Source of the DNA: Flaccisagitta enflata
Taxonomy: Eukaryota
DNA length: 64,000 nucleotides
Direction: 5' to 3'
Assembly: GCA_965153355.1 (NCBI GenBank)
Contig: OZ231126.1
Coordinates: forward strand, 28,954,001-29,018,000
Made by a program: the position numbers and the translations under genes. Under the pieces are notes generated by a model that was not told the origin of the DNA, did not search any database, and saw only the letters and a program-made list of their open reading frames with translations. Shown here piece by piece: positions 49,927-64,000 of the stretch (positions are counted from its first letter, which is position 1; every line of letters begins with the position of its first letter).

Positions 49927-51275
49927 ATAAACACACCCCATAATTTACTTATAGTCACACAACGAACACAAAACAAAAACACAGAAACACATAACACAAA
50001 AACGTACAAAACAAACACAGAACAAAAACACACAGAACAAACACACAGGATGAACACACACACAACGAATACACACAGAGCAAATACACAGAACGAAAAC
50101 ACACACAAACACACGCACACGCACACGCACACACACGCACGCACACACACACACACACGCACACATGTGCCGCAGTCGCTTCGTGGTGATCTTTCCTCTG
50201 CCAGGGGACGCCTGTTTTAATTCTTTTGCTGTGAAAAACATTGGGCTTGTTGAAAAGTATGCTAGCCTATTCAACGTAACGCGAGGCCCTTGATAGCTAC
50301 ACGTACTGGTTTTAATTGAATGATTACCGTCCTAATGAAAAAAGGAAGTAATTATGGATAGCTTGGAGTGTTTCTCCATTTTTAGTCGGGGACAAGCAAC
50401 TCTATAAGACTGTCCATCCGTTGGTCCATCAGTTCAGTGAGGATTGAGTTGAAAAGTGTGCTAAGTGTGTCGGATTGTAGCAAATCAGAAGGGGGGAGAG
50501 GGACAAAGACTGAACAGACAAAATATTGTAGTTACACCGTATTTCTCGCGCCATCATTGCATTGTTTACTGTCAATTTGTTAAAATTTGTAATAAAAGTC
50601 TTGTCATTGAAATGTTTATTTCTCCATGTTATTGCCGAATGATGAACTATCAATGGACTGATAGATTGTCAGGTATAGGGATTTGCCAAAGCAGCATGTA
50701 CTTGTCGCTTTTATCGTGGTTGCTTTTCATGAGATGATCGGTTTTGCTTAGTTAGCTAGTTATTCGCCGTGTCCTGAACTTAAAAAAAAAGTCGCGATTT
50801 TGTTCAGGACACGGTAAAGGATAAAACCGATCTACGTTTGTTTACAACCCGGTCCAGAGACGTACAGGCCTTGAATTCTTATGTAAGGCTCCTAAAAACC
50901 TCCAAAGACCACCAAACTAACCCTTGGACCTGTATATAGATTGAACTCAGTAGCAGACCAATAACCCACAAACTCAACCTTCAAGAATGACGCTAAATAT
51001 CTGCCAAAATGTCTCCTCTGAGCGCCGTAGATGTCCAAAATACATCAAAGAGAGACACAAAAAACGCTATATCCTTCAAACCTCCTTTTGGTAAATGTTT
51101 ACATTTCCGTGATCTTTTAACTGTTTGTTGTATTGTTTTTATATTGTTTTCGAGTGTTTTTTTTCTTTTTATTTGCTTGTTTATGCACATCGCTCTATTC
51201 GATGAATGTTCGCTGTTTCACAAAAATGTCACATAAAAAATATCATAAAAATCAGGAGAAAAGACATCATAATTG

Positions 51276-51581
51276 CAGGCCTGTATATTCTTGAGTTTTT
51301 GGTGGGGGGGGGGGGAAATCAAAGGGTCTGGAGATGGGGAAGGAAATCAAAGGGGGGAAAAAATGAAATTTAGGGAAAATATAACTTTTTACAGTACTAA
51401 ATCATAAGACTCAATTAATAAAACACAATTTAATACTATTTAAACCTTAACTACATAGTTTCATTGCTATATGGGGAAAAAAATCAAGGATATAAAAATG
51501 CGACACGACGCGTCGCAGGGAAGAAAATCAAAGGCAGAGGGGGGAAAAAAATCAAAAGCGACTCAAGAATATACACCCCTG
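51276..51581. mobile_element. hAT-like MITE, 8-bp TSD
   Basis: CAGGCCTGTATATTCTTGAG...CTCAAGAATATACACCCCTG; TSD CATAATTG at 51268-51275 and 51582-51589. Confidence 0.88.
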
Positions 51582-52079
51582 CATAATTGTTTAAGAGGTT
51601 GTCAACAAATGGTAGAAAAAGCCAAAGTTAAAAGTAAGCGATTACCCCCGGTAAAATTGTTATAATTCGAAAATATAAGCAAGTATCTTCAGCCAATGAG
51701 CGTCCAGGCAACAGAGCATGCGCGTTCAGTCAACATCGAGCTAGTCTCTGTGCAACAATAATAAAATAAATGTAAGTGTGGCGTACAAATACGTCAGCAA
51801 AGAAAAACTATGTACAATAATTTAGAAAAAGGGCATCGATAATAAACAAAACAAAAACATGACGTACGAGTACGTCTAACAAGCAAAATTCTGTAACATA
51901 AGAAAAAGTAATAAATAGCGTCAATATAGTGATACATATATAGTTTCCAAGATTTTGAAATGAATAAGGCAACATGATTTTTCATGATTTTCATTTACAT
52001 TGACGCAAAGTGAAAACAAGGCCACCACCCATTTTCAAAGCAGGATCTAGTAACTAGTATCTGTAGTGGTGGCAACTAA

Positions 52080-52405
52080 TTAAAAAAAATTGTAAAAATT
52101 TCTACCCAACATCCTAAACTTATAAGATTTTTTGTAAATGCATCTCTGAATCATCATATTCAGATTCAGAAATTCTTGTCTTAATATCTAAAAAAACCAT
52201 TAATTTTGGTTTATGACATGAAAATGGGGACTATAAACATTGAAAATTATCAAATACTACTAGCTTATAGCTTTTTTCTATTAAAAATAGATAAAGATCA
52301 TATAATCAAGCAAGACTATCAGAAACTAGCTTAAAAACAAGGATCATCTAATTCTGATCTGACGTCGCGTTTTCTGATCTGGTTTTTCTGATCTGACATC
52401 GCGAC
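52080..52405 (+). repeat. ~300-bp repeat immediately upstream of LSM14, inverted copy of 46645-46950
   Basis: See 46645; three TCTGATCTG motifs at the gene-proximal end. Confidence 0.8.
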
Positions 52406-52607
52406 GTCATTTTTTGCCCTGCTTTCAAAATATTCCCCCGCTCGAGAAAAAGAAAATCTTCGCTATCCTTCTCCTCTTTCTCTCTCCGTCTATCGCCATC
52501 TTGGATGATCGTCGGGTTGACTTTTTTTCATCGGAGTCCACATAATCATTGCGTAACTATTGTAAACGTCGTCGCCCAGTAAGGTCGTCTAAAGGGAGGG
52601 TGACACC

Positions 52608-55600
52608 ATGAGCGGGGGTATCCCCTATTTGGGGAGTAAGATAAGCCTCATATCCAAAGCGGAGATACGATATGAGGGAATTTTGTATACCATCGATCCG
52701 AACGAGAGTACAGTCGCGCTCGCGAAAGGTAAGGGAAGTCTTGAGTTATTTCGTGGTCGCCTCTTTTCTGCTGTAGAAAGCGCATTATGCCAATTTTTGT
52801 AAATGGCTCAAATTTTCAGTCTTTTTATCTCATTTCCACCCCGATTCTGAACGTCAGTGCGGTCCTTCGGGACGGAAACGCGACCAACTGAACGCCCCGT
52901 GCAGCCGCGAGATGAGGTTTACGAATATATTATATTCCGGGGGAGCGATATCAAAGATCTTCACGTTTGTGAGGGTCCAAAAACTCAAACTCAGCCCCAA
53001 GACCCAGCTATCGTCCAGGTGATTGCGCTTACTCAGCTTAATTAGAATATTTTCTCATCTTAAATGCAAGTGTAGCTCCCTTCGCCCTTGATCCTTACTT
53101 ATTACTGCTCCTCAATGATGTGCCTCAGTAGCATCTCATTTGTGTTGTCTCCATCATGGCAGCAATCGGCACCCGTCCCAACAACAACGGCCTCGTTTCC
53201 TTCTCCATCGCCGGCCTCGCTCCCTTCACCGGGTGGTACGATAGCGACGAATTCTGCTCCTGGCCCCATCGGTCCCTCACCTACTTCTGGTTATCGACCA
53301 TTCGTTGGTCATCCTCAACCTCCTGCCGCTCAGCCCTCTTATCAAGTAAGCTGTTCATATGAGAACTACTATATCTAAATTGGAAGAGTTTTGCGGGTTC
53401 TTAGTCTATATACACTCTTTTCTTTGACTAAGAACCTTGTTTTTAAGAACATTGAGGCTCAGATTTTGAAAAAAATAAGAACAATCATAAAAACATTGTG
53501 AGCTTTACAATAGGGGTGATTATAAGAACATTCTTTCTGTTTTTGCTCTAGGTCAATGAGGGAACTGCTGTAAATAAAAATAATTGTGACTGTGTGATTA
53601 TTTTAGTTTACTTCAATGAGTTTTAAACTTAAATACAATTTGTTTGTGATTGATAATTAATTTCTCATGTCCTTTTAATTAGCAATCAGAATTTGAATAT
53701 TCCTGTATGAGCTGAGTTTTGGAAAAAATAAAAACATCCCAAGAATAATTTGAGCCTCATATCGCTCTGGAAATAAAAAAATTGAGCCTCAGAAAGAAAA
53801 AAACATGTTCTTATAAGAAAAAAAGCGTGTATCGAGTTTAGTATGTATCTTTATCTCTTATGTTCCTTTTCAGTATGGTGCGGCGCCATCTCTGGTCCTC
53901 CCACCTCAAGGAACCGCCAATGTTCCGGAAGCTCCTTCACCACAAAGGGCGGGCGAGTCCAGCCCTACGTCACCCGGCCAAAATAGGTGGATAAATCTTA
54001 GCCATTGAAACCATGGTCGAATTGTGGGCTGAGCACGAATTCCTATTCTCTCCTCCCATTTCTTATTTTTCTTCTGTGGCGCAATCACTTTCGTTTTGTT
54101 CCATATTGTGCACTCGTGAGTTTGTTCCATTTTGTGTGAGTTTCTCTCCCTTTTTCCACCTTCTTCTCCTCTCTCTATCTCGCTTCTCTCTCCTCCTCAG
54201 GTTGTCTCAGTCTCAATCTCCAGGAAGCACCGCTTTGCCGCCCGCGCCAGCCTCGCATCCTCCTCCATTGCTCGAGCAGGATGTCGGCCTTTTGCCCGGC
54301 CGGGGAGTCAATCGGGCTCCAGGAGCGCCTATCCCCAACTCGCGGGATTACCGAGATCCGAAGAAGGATAACGTCAACGTCGGAAGACAACCACCGAATC
54401 AAGGTAGATACTGTTTTTCTTGCGCACATAGCTCCAAAGAGGATGGATCAAATATATTTGGAAAAGACGAATTATTTTGCTTTGGTTATTTCTAAAAGTG
54501 ATAAAATAAGTACAGGGAATCTAAAGACAATTACCTTCATAAATTTACACACAAAGGTGTGTTGTTATTGACTCATTACAATGTTCTTTTCATTCAGGTG
54601 CACGCGGAGGATCCACGCGTGGAATGGGTGGTCAACCACCTCGGCCCTTCCGCGGTGGCCCTATGCATCACATGGGTGGTCCTATGGGCCCTAACAACAT
54701 GAGTATGGGTCCGAGAGCACCCGCCCCTATGATGGGCTCCATGGGTCCTGGACCGAGGGTTGGTCGTGGTGGCATGCCTGGGCCGGGTAAGATCCAAACT
54801 TCCGTCCAAATTCGCTATGCTTCTTTGTCCGCAAACATACTTTATGGATTGACAGTGCTGTCGCATCCCCTTGTTGAAGATATAGAGAAACGTTCGTTAG
54901 TAAATTGGCTTTCCATAACTCATGGGCCTAGTTCCTCGATTTTGTGAAGATCGCTTGATCGTGCTGCGCAATGGTTCCAATAGGCTACTATACTATACTA
55001 TTACCGGTGTTACCCTTCTTTGTTGTCCACAGCGCATGGTGGGATGCAAAGAGGCGGTCGCGGGCATGGAAGAAACTCAGGATCGAGGAACAACAAAGAC
55101 GTTCTCAAGTTCGACGGCGATTACGACTTTGAAGAAGCCAATGCAAAATTCGAGAAGGACAAGATCGTGGATGAATTGAGTCAAAAGCTCAAAATCAGTG
55201 AGTGATCTTGCCCTCTGTTTATCTGTTGATTAGTCTCTAACGACGGAGTTAGGTTTTAATGCTTTCTTCAAAGCTGATTTACTTTGTGGGCAGCGGCCCC
55301 GAAGAGGACGAAGTCCTGTAGAACACAGGGGGACTTTCGTTCGTTCGTTCGTCCTTCCCCCCCCCGGCCCCCTTATCAGGCCCTTCAGGCCTCAAATCTG
55401 GCCTCTTGAGACCTCATATCTGGCCTCTCAGGCCTCAAATTCAGCCTCTCAGGCTTCAAATCCAGCCTCACAGGCCTCAAAATCTGGCCTCTCAGGCCTC
55501 AAATTAGGCTTCTCAGGCCTTGAATCCAAATTCTCAGGCCTTAATGAAATGAATCAATCAAAGTAGGGTGCAATCAACAGGAAATTGTTTGACTCGCCTA

Positions 55601-58600
55601 GATCCAAAATCCTGTAACTTTACTTTTTTCAAACAAGGCCAACACCTAACACCCCTGACATAATTAGGCGAACTGGGAACATATGCCCTAGAGGGTGAAA
55701 TATTGGCCCAAGCTCTGCAAGATTTGACATAGAGATAGCTAACATGTCATACTTTAACATAGTAGAGCAACATACGGGGATTATTCACTGGAAGAAGGGT
55801 GAGAAGGTGATAATTCAGAAATGGCAAATCAGATTGTGACGGATTTTCCCAGAAATATTTTTACAAAAAGATGGCACAACCCTACAGCTGTTTTTCGCAG
55901 CCTATACCCAAGTTTTTTGGCATTTGATGGCAAAAAACTCATTCTGTAGATAAAAATAAGGAAGGAGGTCAAAGAAATGGGCAGGGGCAGCCCTTGAGGC
56001 TAAAAAAATGTGCAATAAGAAACTTGGTAATAATGGACAAAGTGGAACTGTCCTTTATCAGAGAATGGCTATGAAATAGGATTTCAACCTATTCTTTTTG
56101 GTAAGTTTGGCTGAACTCGGACGGAATTTACCTTGGTCCATATGTACATATCCCAAAGTACCATTTAAATCACTTTGTCAGGCTCAAAAACATGAAATTT
56201 AACCCCAGTTCGCCCAATTTTGTCAGGGGTGTTATAAGTCGCGTGTGAGACATAAATAACTTAAGATGACTTTTATTGACTCAAGATGACTTAAAATGAC
56301 TCAAGATGACTTAAAATGACTCAAGACAACTTTAAATGACTTAAAAAGACCTAAAATGAATGAAATGACTACTTTGACTTATTTGACTTAAGTGACTTGA
56401 AATGACTTGAAATGACTTGAAATGACTTGAAATGACTTGAAATGACTTGAAATGACTTGAAATGACTTGAAATGACTTGAAATGACTTGAAATGACTTAG
56501 AATGACTTAGAATGACTTAGAATGACTTAGAATGACTTAGAATGACTTAGAAAAACTTAGAATGACTTAGAATAACTTAGAATGACTTAGATTGACTTAG
56601 ATTGACTTAGAATAACTTAGATTGACTAGAATTAACTTAAAGTATAATAAAATAGTCGCAAAAGCGTTAGATGGTCAGCGGTACCCGTTGCCCCTATGTG
56701 AGTGTATGTGTGGGAGAGGTGGTTAGAGGGGCAGCGGCCCCGAAGGGGCCGATGACCTACAGTACCGGAATCAAAGAACTGGTGATAAGGAGGGAAGCCA
56801 TATCTCTCCAATTACAAGGATATGAGATCTGAAATTTTTCTGTGGTGTGCACCTATAGTACCCCCACCCCCCGTAAGGGTTTGGAGCTGTTCCGGGCATT
56901 TTTTGTTTTTGGTTGTCAAAATTTTTTTATTTCTTAAAATCACTATTGTGGGCCAAAAAATTTGTTTCAAGATTTTATTTTTATGTTACATGTAGTCAAT
57001 ACCCAGAGCTACAAATTTCATTTTTTGAAAAATATTTTTGGCCAATTTTTAAGAGAATGGCACTGAAAAAAACAAAATTTCAAAAAAATGAAAAATCGCT
57101 ATATTTTCTAAAATAATTGGCTTAGCATGATGATTTTTGGCATGGAAGTAGTCCTGAGAACCATCCATGTGTATGCAAAATTTCAACTCCCATACTTGAA
57201 TTTTAAAGGAGTTATGGGATTTTGAAATTTTGATAATTTTTGGTAAAAAACATTTTTTCTTATAAATTTTTTTTTTGTGAACCATTTTTCATGAAATTTC
57301 ATAGACAAACATGGTAATTGATATTTTTTTGCTTCCAAAAAAAATTTGGGCACTGCAACCCCTTAAGAAAATTTTTTTTTCTAAAAAATTGCTAAAATTG
57401 GCTATTTTTCTAGGTTGAATAAAAACTGTTCCTGTTATCCGATCAACTTCATTTTTGGAGGGATTATCAACCCACATCTGCAGTAACTATGTTTCAAATT
57501 TCAAGTAAATCGGATAATTCGTTCCGGAGATATTCAAGTTCAAAGTGGAAAGGGCAAGCTAAAATCACTGTTTCTGTGGTATTTTAATGATAAGTCTTTA
57601 TTGGCGGTTAGCTACAAGTGTCTCAAAAAGGTAACCTCCAAAATTGTTGCAAATAGGTGTGGTATATGTTAATGCAGCGTAACCAACCAACATTTTTTGA
57701 TTTCACAGTCTTTAAAAAAATAGGCACCAAAAACCTGCAAAAAATGCCTTTTTTGGCATTTTTTGCCACATTTTTGGGGTATAATGCATATCAAACGACA
57801 TCCCCATCCCCAAATTTTTTGTGGCATAGTGGTCCATGATAGGACAGATGTCCCCCCCAAAAATTATAAATTTCCGTCACGTTTAAGCACAAAAATTTTG
57901 GTCTAAAATGGCAAAAAATGCAGTTTTTTTAATTTTTTAAGCAGTTTTTGGGGTGTAATGCATATTAAAAGACATCCCCATCCCCAAACTTTTTGTGGCA
58001 TAGTAGTCCATGATAGGACAGATCTCATCCAAAAAATTTATTCATTTCCGTCACACTTTAAGCACAAAAAATTTGGGGATGTGGATGTTGTTAAGTATGC
58101 GTTACACCCCAAAAACAGCTTTAAAGAATTCAAAAAATCGCATTTTTTGCCGTTTGAAACTATAATTTTTGTGCTTAAAGCATGACGGAAATGAATAAAT
58201 TTTGGGGGGGACATCTGTCCTATCATGGACTACTATGCCTCAAAAAGTTTGGTGATGGGGATGTCGTTTAATATGCATTACACCACAAAAACAGCTTAAA
58301 TAATTCAAAAATTGCATTTTTTGCCATTTTAAACTAAAATTTTTTGTGCTTAAAGCGTGATGGAAATGAATGAATTTTTGGGGGGACATCTGTCCTATCA
58401 TGGACTACTAAGCCACAAAAAATTTGGGGATGGGGATGTCGTTTGATATGCATTACACCCCAAAAACAGCTTTAAAAATTCAAAAAATTGCATTTTTTGC
58501 CATTTTAAACCAAAATTTTTGTGCTTAAAGCGTGACAGAAATGAATAAATTTTTGGGGGGACATCTGTCCTATTATGGACTACTATGCCACAAAAAATTT

Positions 58601-61600
58601 GGGGATGGGGATGTCGTTTGATATGCATTACACCCCAAAAACAGCTTAAATAATTCAAAAATTGCATTTTTTGCTATTTTAAACCAAAATTTTTGTGCTT
58701 AAAGTGTGATGGAAATGAATAAATTTTTGGGGGGACATCTGTCCTATCATGGACTACTAAGCCACAAAAAATTTGGGGATGGGGATGTCGTTTGATATGC
58801 ATTACACCTCAAAAACAGCTTAAATAATTCAAAAATTGCCTTTTTTGCCATTATAAACCAAAATTTTTGTGCTTAAAGTGTAATGGAAATGGATAAATTT
58901 TTGGGGGGACATCTGTCCTATCATGGACTACTAAGCCACAAAAGATTTGGGGATGGGGATGTTGTTTGATATGCATTACACCCCAAAAACAGCTTAAAAA
59001 ATTCAAAAAATTGCATTTTTTGCCATTTTAAACCAAAATTTTTGTGCTTAAAGCATGACGGAAATGAATAACTTTTGGGGGGGACATCTGTCCTATCATG
59101 GACTACTATGCCACAAAAAATTTGGGGATGGGGATGTTGTTTGATATGCATTACACCCCAAAAATGTGGCAAAAACTGCCAAAAAAGGTTTTTTTTGCAG
59201 TTTTTTGGTGCCTATTTTTTTAGAGACTGTGATCCAAAAATGTTGGTTGGTTGTGCTGCAGGGACATATTCCACACCTATTTGCAACAATTTTGGAGTGA
59301 CTTTATTCATATTGATTAAACGTTACCTTTTTGAGACACTTGTAGCTAACCGTCAATAAAGACATACCATTAAGATACCACCGAAACAGTGATTTTAGCT
59401 CGCCCTTTCCACTTTGAACTAGAATATCTCCGGAACGAATTATCCGATTCACTTGAAATTTGAAACATAGTTATTGCAGATATAGGTTGATAATCCCTCC
59501 AAAAATGAAGTTGATCGGATAACAGGAACAGTTTTTATTCAACCTAGAAAAATAGCCAATTTTAGCATTTTTTTAGAAAAAAAAATTTTCTTAAGGGGTC
59601 GCAGTGCCCAAATTTTTTTTGGAAGCAAAAAGATATCAATTACTTTGTTTGCCTATGAAATTTCATGAAAAATGGTTCACAAAAAAAAAATTTATAAGAA
59701 AAAATGTTTTTTACCAAAAATTATCAAAATTTCAAAATCCCATAACTCCTTTAAAATTCAAGTATGGGAGTTGAAATTTTGCATACACATGGATGGTTCT
59801 CAGGACTACTTTCATGCCAAAAATTATCATGCAAAGCCAAGTATTTTAGAAAATATAGCAATTTTTCATTTTTTTGAAATTTTGGTTTTTTTAGTGCCAT
59901 TCCCTTAAAAATTGGCCAAAAATATTTTTCAAAAAATGAAATTTGTAGCTCTGGGTATTGACTACATGTAACATAAAAATAAAATTTTGAAACAAATTTT
60001 TTGGCCTACAATAGTGATTTTAAGAAATAAGAAATTTTTGACAACCAAAAACAAAAAATGCCCGGAACAGCTCCAAACCCTTACGGGGGGTGGGGGTACT
60101 ATAGGTGCACACCACAGAAAAATTTCAGATCTCATATCCTTGTAATTGGAGAGATATGGCTTCCCTCCTTATCACCAGTTCTTTGATTCCGGTACTGTAT
60201 GCTGTTATTATTTGAGCCTCAAGGCTGGGATTAGGGCCTGGAGGCTGGAATTTAGGCCTCCGGACCGGGATTTGATTCTCGAGGCTGGGATTTGAGCTTC
60301 AAGGCTGGGATTTGAGCTTCAAGGCTGGGATTTGAGCCTCGAGGCTAGGTTTTGGGCCTCGAGGCTGGGATTTGAGCCTCAAGACTGGGATTGGAGCCTC
60401 AAGGCTGGGAATTGAGCCTTGAGGCTGGGATTTGAGCCTTGAGGCTGGGATTTGAGCTTCAAGGCTGGGATTTGAGCCTCGAGGCTGGGATTTGAGCCTC
60501 GAGGCTGGGTTTTGAGCCTCGAGGTTGGGTTTCGAGCCTCGAGGCTGGGATTTGAGCCTCGAGGTTAGAATTTGGGCGGGGGGGGGGGGACGGAGAAGAA
60601 GAAGGAGAAGAAGGAGAAGGAGGAGAAGGAGAAAGTTTCCCATATGTGTGAAAGCATAGGTCATCGGCCCCTTCGGGGCCGCTGCCCAAAAGTAGTGTAA
60701 TGGACCAACGGACCAACAAAGCGGGTTGTTGAGTCGCTTGCACTCGACTGAAAACTTGGACTCAGTTGAAATTTTCGAGTCTAAGTCTACTACTCTGTAC
60801 GTTTGCTGCTTTTTGCATAATTATCTCAAATTTGTCTGATTTTCATCTAAAATCTGTCTAAAATTAATCTTTTTTCTCTTTCAAGCTGACGATGAGAAAA
60901 CTCCAGCCGAGCCAACGACAAATCATGTGAATGGAGAAGCAGAAACTCCCAAGGAGAACGCCAACGATGAGGTAAGATTGGGTACAAGCGTTTCACAATT
61001 GGTCGTCGTTACTTCTAAACGTTAAAGGTTCTAGTTAAGATTTTTTTTTCTTTTCGTTCTCTTTCTCTTTCTCTCTTTCTCTCTTTCTCTCTTTCTCTGC
61101 TCGAGCGTCTGCAATTATTGCGTGACATTTCTATCATTGAGTAATCGACGTGAAAATTCATCATTTCAGGGTGAAGCTGTTGTGGAAGGCACTGATATCG
61201 AGAATGAAGAGCTTCACGACGGAAGCGACGTGAACGGCGATGATGAAGAGGAAGAAGATCCCTTCTACAACAAAACGCGAAGTTTCTTTGACAATATCTC
61301 ATGCGAGGCAACGGAGCGTCTCAAAGGAGGGTAAGTTTGATGTGGGCTTATCCCACTTCTACTCTCTCTGCCACTTGTCTGTTGATTAAACCGGCTGTTT
61401 GTTCTTATCAACTTTGAACCTGCCCTTTGCTTCAATCTCATCCCTTCACCTTGCTACAAATTTTCATTTATTCTCCGTAATCCATCTTTCCAAATGCTCG
61501 TTCATTCTCCATTTTCCTTTCCCCTCCCTACCATTCCCAACTTCCCATCCCATCCCATCCCATCCCCGCCACTTTTCCATCCCTGCCACTGTTCTATCCC

Positions 61601-63157
61601 TGCCTCTTTTTCCGTCCCTGTCTCTTTTCCATCCCTGCCTTTCTATCTCAACCCTGCTTTTTTCCCATCCTTTACTTTCCCATCCTTTACTTTCCCAACC
61701 TTTTCTTTCCCGTCCCATTCTTCCCGTCCTTTTTCCCCGTCCTCTTCTTCCCCATGTTTCTTTTCCAGCGCTGTTTCTCTCCTAGGCAGGCTGCCTTTTT
61801 TTTCCAGCCCCGTCATTTTTTCCAGCCCTGCCTTTATTTCCTTCCCCGCTTGGTCTCCTTCAGCTCTTTTGTTTTGTCTCAACGTATTCATTTCTCTCAT
61901 CACCATTTATCCAGGAATCGGCCGTCTTGGAGGGAGGAGAGAGCGTTGAATTCGGAAACATTCGGTGCACCATCCGTGGCAGCTGCGCGAAGATTCCACC
62001 ACGGAAGACATGGGCGAGGTGGATGGCGAGGTGGCGGTGGTGGCGGTTTTAGACGCGGTGGTGGCGGTGGCGGTGGTAACGGCGGAGGCCATGGTAATTC
62101 ATTGTCATTGTAATAGCTACTAGTTTATCCAGGGACTCGGATCAATATTGTTCTGGTGCGCTGATTTTGGGCAACTGATCTGATCTGATCTGATCTATAT
62201 ATACCGTATCTCCCCTAATTAGCGCCCGGGGCGCTTACAAAATTGCAAAATGACATTGCTTTTTTCACCTTCTAATTAGCGCCCCCCTGTAGCATGCAAG
62301 ATGATGGATGCGTCTGCATTCACCATCTTATTTGGATATTTTATCTGGATATCAATATCCAGATACATAGTGAATTTATAAGATTTACTACATGAAATAT
62401 CCGAATATCAATATCCAAATAAAATATCCAAATAAGCTGATTAATGCAGACACACCCTAAGAAAACAAGGCCGGATACACGGCTACTGAAGTCGCATGCG
62501 GGTGGGTAGGGGCCATATTTGAGGTCACCAGATCATTTGGGCAGCAGCGGAGAGGTCAAAGAAATAAAATCATAAAAAAAAGTAAAGTGTGACCGACCGA
62601 CCAACCAACCAACCGACCGATAAAGCGGGTTATAGAGTTGCGTGCACGCGACTAAAAATCCTGAAAATTTAAGTAAAACAGAAGATTTAGGATAGGGAAA
62701 GATAAAAATATGTGATTTCAATAGAAAAATCCACACATGAAATTAAAAAGATACAAAAAATAAAGATAATTTGTGTATTTATTATGTGTATCTATAATTT
62801 TCACTATAATGAAAAACTTAGTTGTGAGGGGATTTTTTTAAAAAAGGGGGGGGCGCTAATTAGAGGGGGGGGGCGTTAATAAGATGAAATACGGTAAATT
62901 GATTAGGATGTTGACCTAGTACATTATTCCTCCGACTTGCCCATCTTTGATATATTTCGCGCGACTCAGGTTATCGAAACGGACCTCCAATGTATCCTCG
63001 CAACGCTTGGGGTAACAATAACAACAACCGCGGAGGTTGGAACGGCCCACGAGGTGGCAACATGGGCGCGGGTGTTGGTGGTCCGAGGGGCGGCGGTGGC
63101 GGAGGCGGCATGAACGGCGGTGGTGGTTTAAACGGTCGGAGGAATCAAGACTATTAA
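52608..63157 (+). CDS. LSM14: LSM14 / RAP55 / Trailer hitch / Scd6 homolog, 11 exons, ~582 aa
   Basis: Exons 52608-52728, 52858-53018, 53163-53345, 53874-53986, 54201-54403, 54598-54786, 55033-55197, 60886-60971, 61170-61330, 61915-62093, 62970-63157; GT-AG with consistent phases. LSm domain ([46 protein letters not shown]), FDF motif ([15 protein letters not shown]), FFD box ([13 protein letters not shown]), TFG box ([10 protein letters not shown]), RGG tail. Confidence 0.96.
55649..56232. mobile_element. TA-flanked MITE inserted into a DINE-like element
   Basis: ACACCCCTGACA.AATT.GGCGAACTGGG inverted at both ends; host AAACAAGGCCAACA|TAAGTCGCGTG is split. Confidence 0.75.
56255..56640. repeat. 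10-bp (AATGACTTGA/AATGACTTAG)n array
   Basis: Direct reading. Confidence 0.9.
56650..60690 (-). mobile_element. Family C DINE-like element interrupted by a foldback element; 21-bp (GAGGCTGGGATTTGAGCCTC[G/A])n array at 60210-60570
   Basis: GGGCAGCGGCCCCGAAGGGGCCGATGACCTA|TGCT split across the insertion, with an inverted copy at 60655-60690. Confidence 0.7.
56760..60197. mobile_element. 3.4-kb foldback element, TA TSD, >1-kb near-perfect inverted arms, ~174-bp internal tandem repeats
   Basis: TA|CAGTACCGGAATCAAAGAACTGG...CCAGTTCTTTGATTCCGGTACTG|TA; no transposase ORF. Confidence 0.92.
62204..62894. mobile_element. Tc1/mariner(pogo)-type MITE with two nested inserts
   Basis: TA|CCGTAT..TAATTAGCGCCC ... 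GGGCGTTAAT..ATACGG|TA; nested short IR element at ~62305-62458 and DINE-like element at 62462-62660. Confidence 0.7.
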
Positions 63158-64000
63158 AGACTGCCATCTCCATTTGATACCCTGGTTTTTGTTGCCATAA
63201 ACAAGTCTCGGACTCATTGAGCGGATAAATCAAGATCGAAGGGGGACAAGGTGGTCTAGGTTTTGAACGACTATGCGTCACCTCCGTCCCTCCCGTTTCT
63301 TTTGTCCGTTCATTCTCCCACGGAATAGAAACTCGTTCTTCGTGTCATCTTGTCCCCATATTCGCTCCTACGTCGTGTCAATGAAGAAAATGGTTCGAAA
63401 TCATGACAACCGTGGCAACTCGCGAAGCGACGACGCCGTTACCAATCGGAGCCCAACGTGCGGACGACAGATCAAGCGTTTGTCACTGGTGTTTCTCGAC
63501 GAGTGAAATTTGGAATCGACGCAACCTAAATTGTCGCCGTTCTAATGCGTGCATGAAAACCACTTACTTATCCGTAAAGGGATATTGTATGAGCAGTCTC
63601 GTTAATTTGATCGTCTTTCACATGTGTGCGTGTTGCGCAGAACTGAATTGTCAGCGCTAATTGCGTAGATTCATCAATTCGTATGTCAAGGGTTTTCATG
63701 GTTGTTATGATGATCGTTTTCGCGACCGTTCAGTCAACACACGTCGTAGGATTTTTGTCGCGAGATGTAAGGAGTATCTTCACAATTTGTAGCCTCGAAC
63801 TTTTTATATGTTCTCCTTTTATTCCATCACTTCCCCTCTCCCCTTACCATCTCTCTTTCTTTCTTCCATGTTTCTTCATTATCATGCTTATGAGTTCTGT
63901 TCACCTGAAGAAAGTCTTATTTAGTAAGAGTGGATAATGAACTCTGTTAAGCTTTTTCTTCCTCCCCTCATCTCCGTTATGGGATTCCCTGCCCCCACCC

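Noticed and set aside
50635-50780. Possible C/D-box snoRNA (ATGATGA...CTGA)
   Set aside because: No terminal stem or recognisable rRNA guide; motif expected by chance
56913-59908. Short ORFs in the foldback element as a transposase
   Set aside because: Mirror-image short ORFs from the inverted arms; no DDE or helix-turn-helix motifs

Overview
Eukaryotic (invertebrate-like metazoan) genomic DNA, intron-rich and densely packed with non-autonomous transposons and micro/minisatellites. Three protein-coding genes were reconstructed by hand with GT-AG splice sites and consistent phases. (1) The 3' part of an unidentified + strand gene (<1..7945) encoding a low-complexity adaptor-like protein with YxxP and PxxPxK motifs; one coding exon is interrupted by an 8-bp-TSD transposon that may be spliced out as a new intron. 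(2) A complete TAF4 (TFIID subunit 4) gene on the - strand (CDS 40893..11245, 15 exons, ~959 aa), plus a phase-compatible 974-nt alternative first coding exon (26350..25377). (3) A complete LSM14 (RAP55/Trailer hitch/Scd6) gene on the + strand (52608..63157, 11 exons, ~582 aa), divergent from TAF4. Introns hold many nested MITEs (2-, 3-, 6-, 8- and 9-bp TSD types), Helentron/DINE-like elements with internal tandem arrays, a 3.4-kb foldback element and a Penelope GIY-YIG fragment. An inverted ~300-bp repeat pair sits just upstream of both divergent promoters. No database searches were run, and family names are inferred from motifs and structure.
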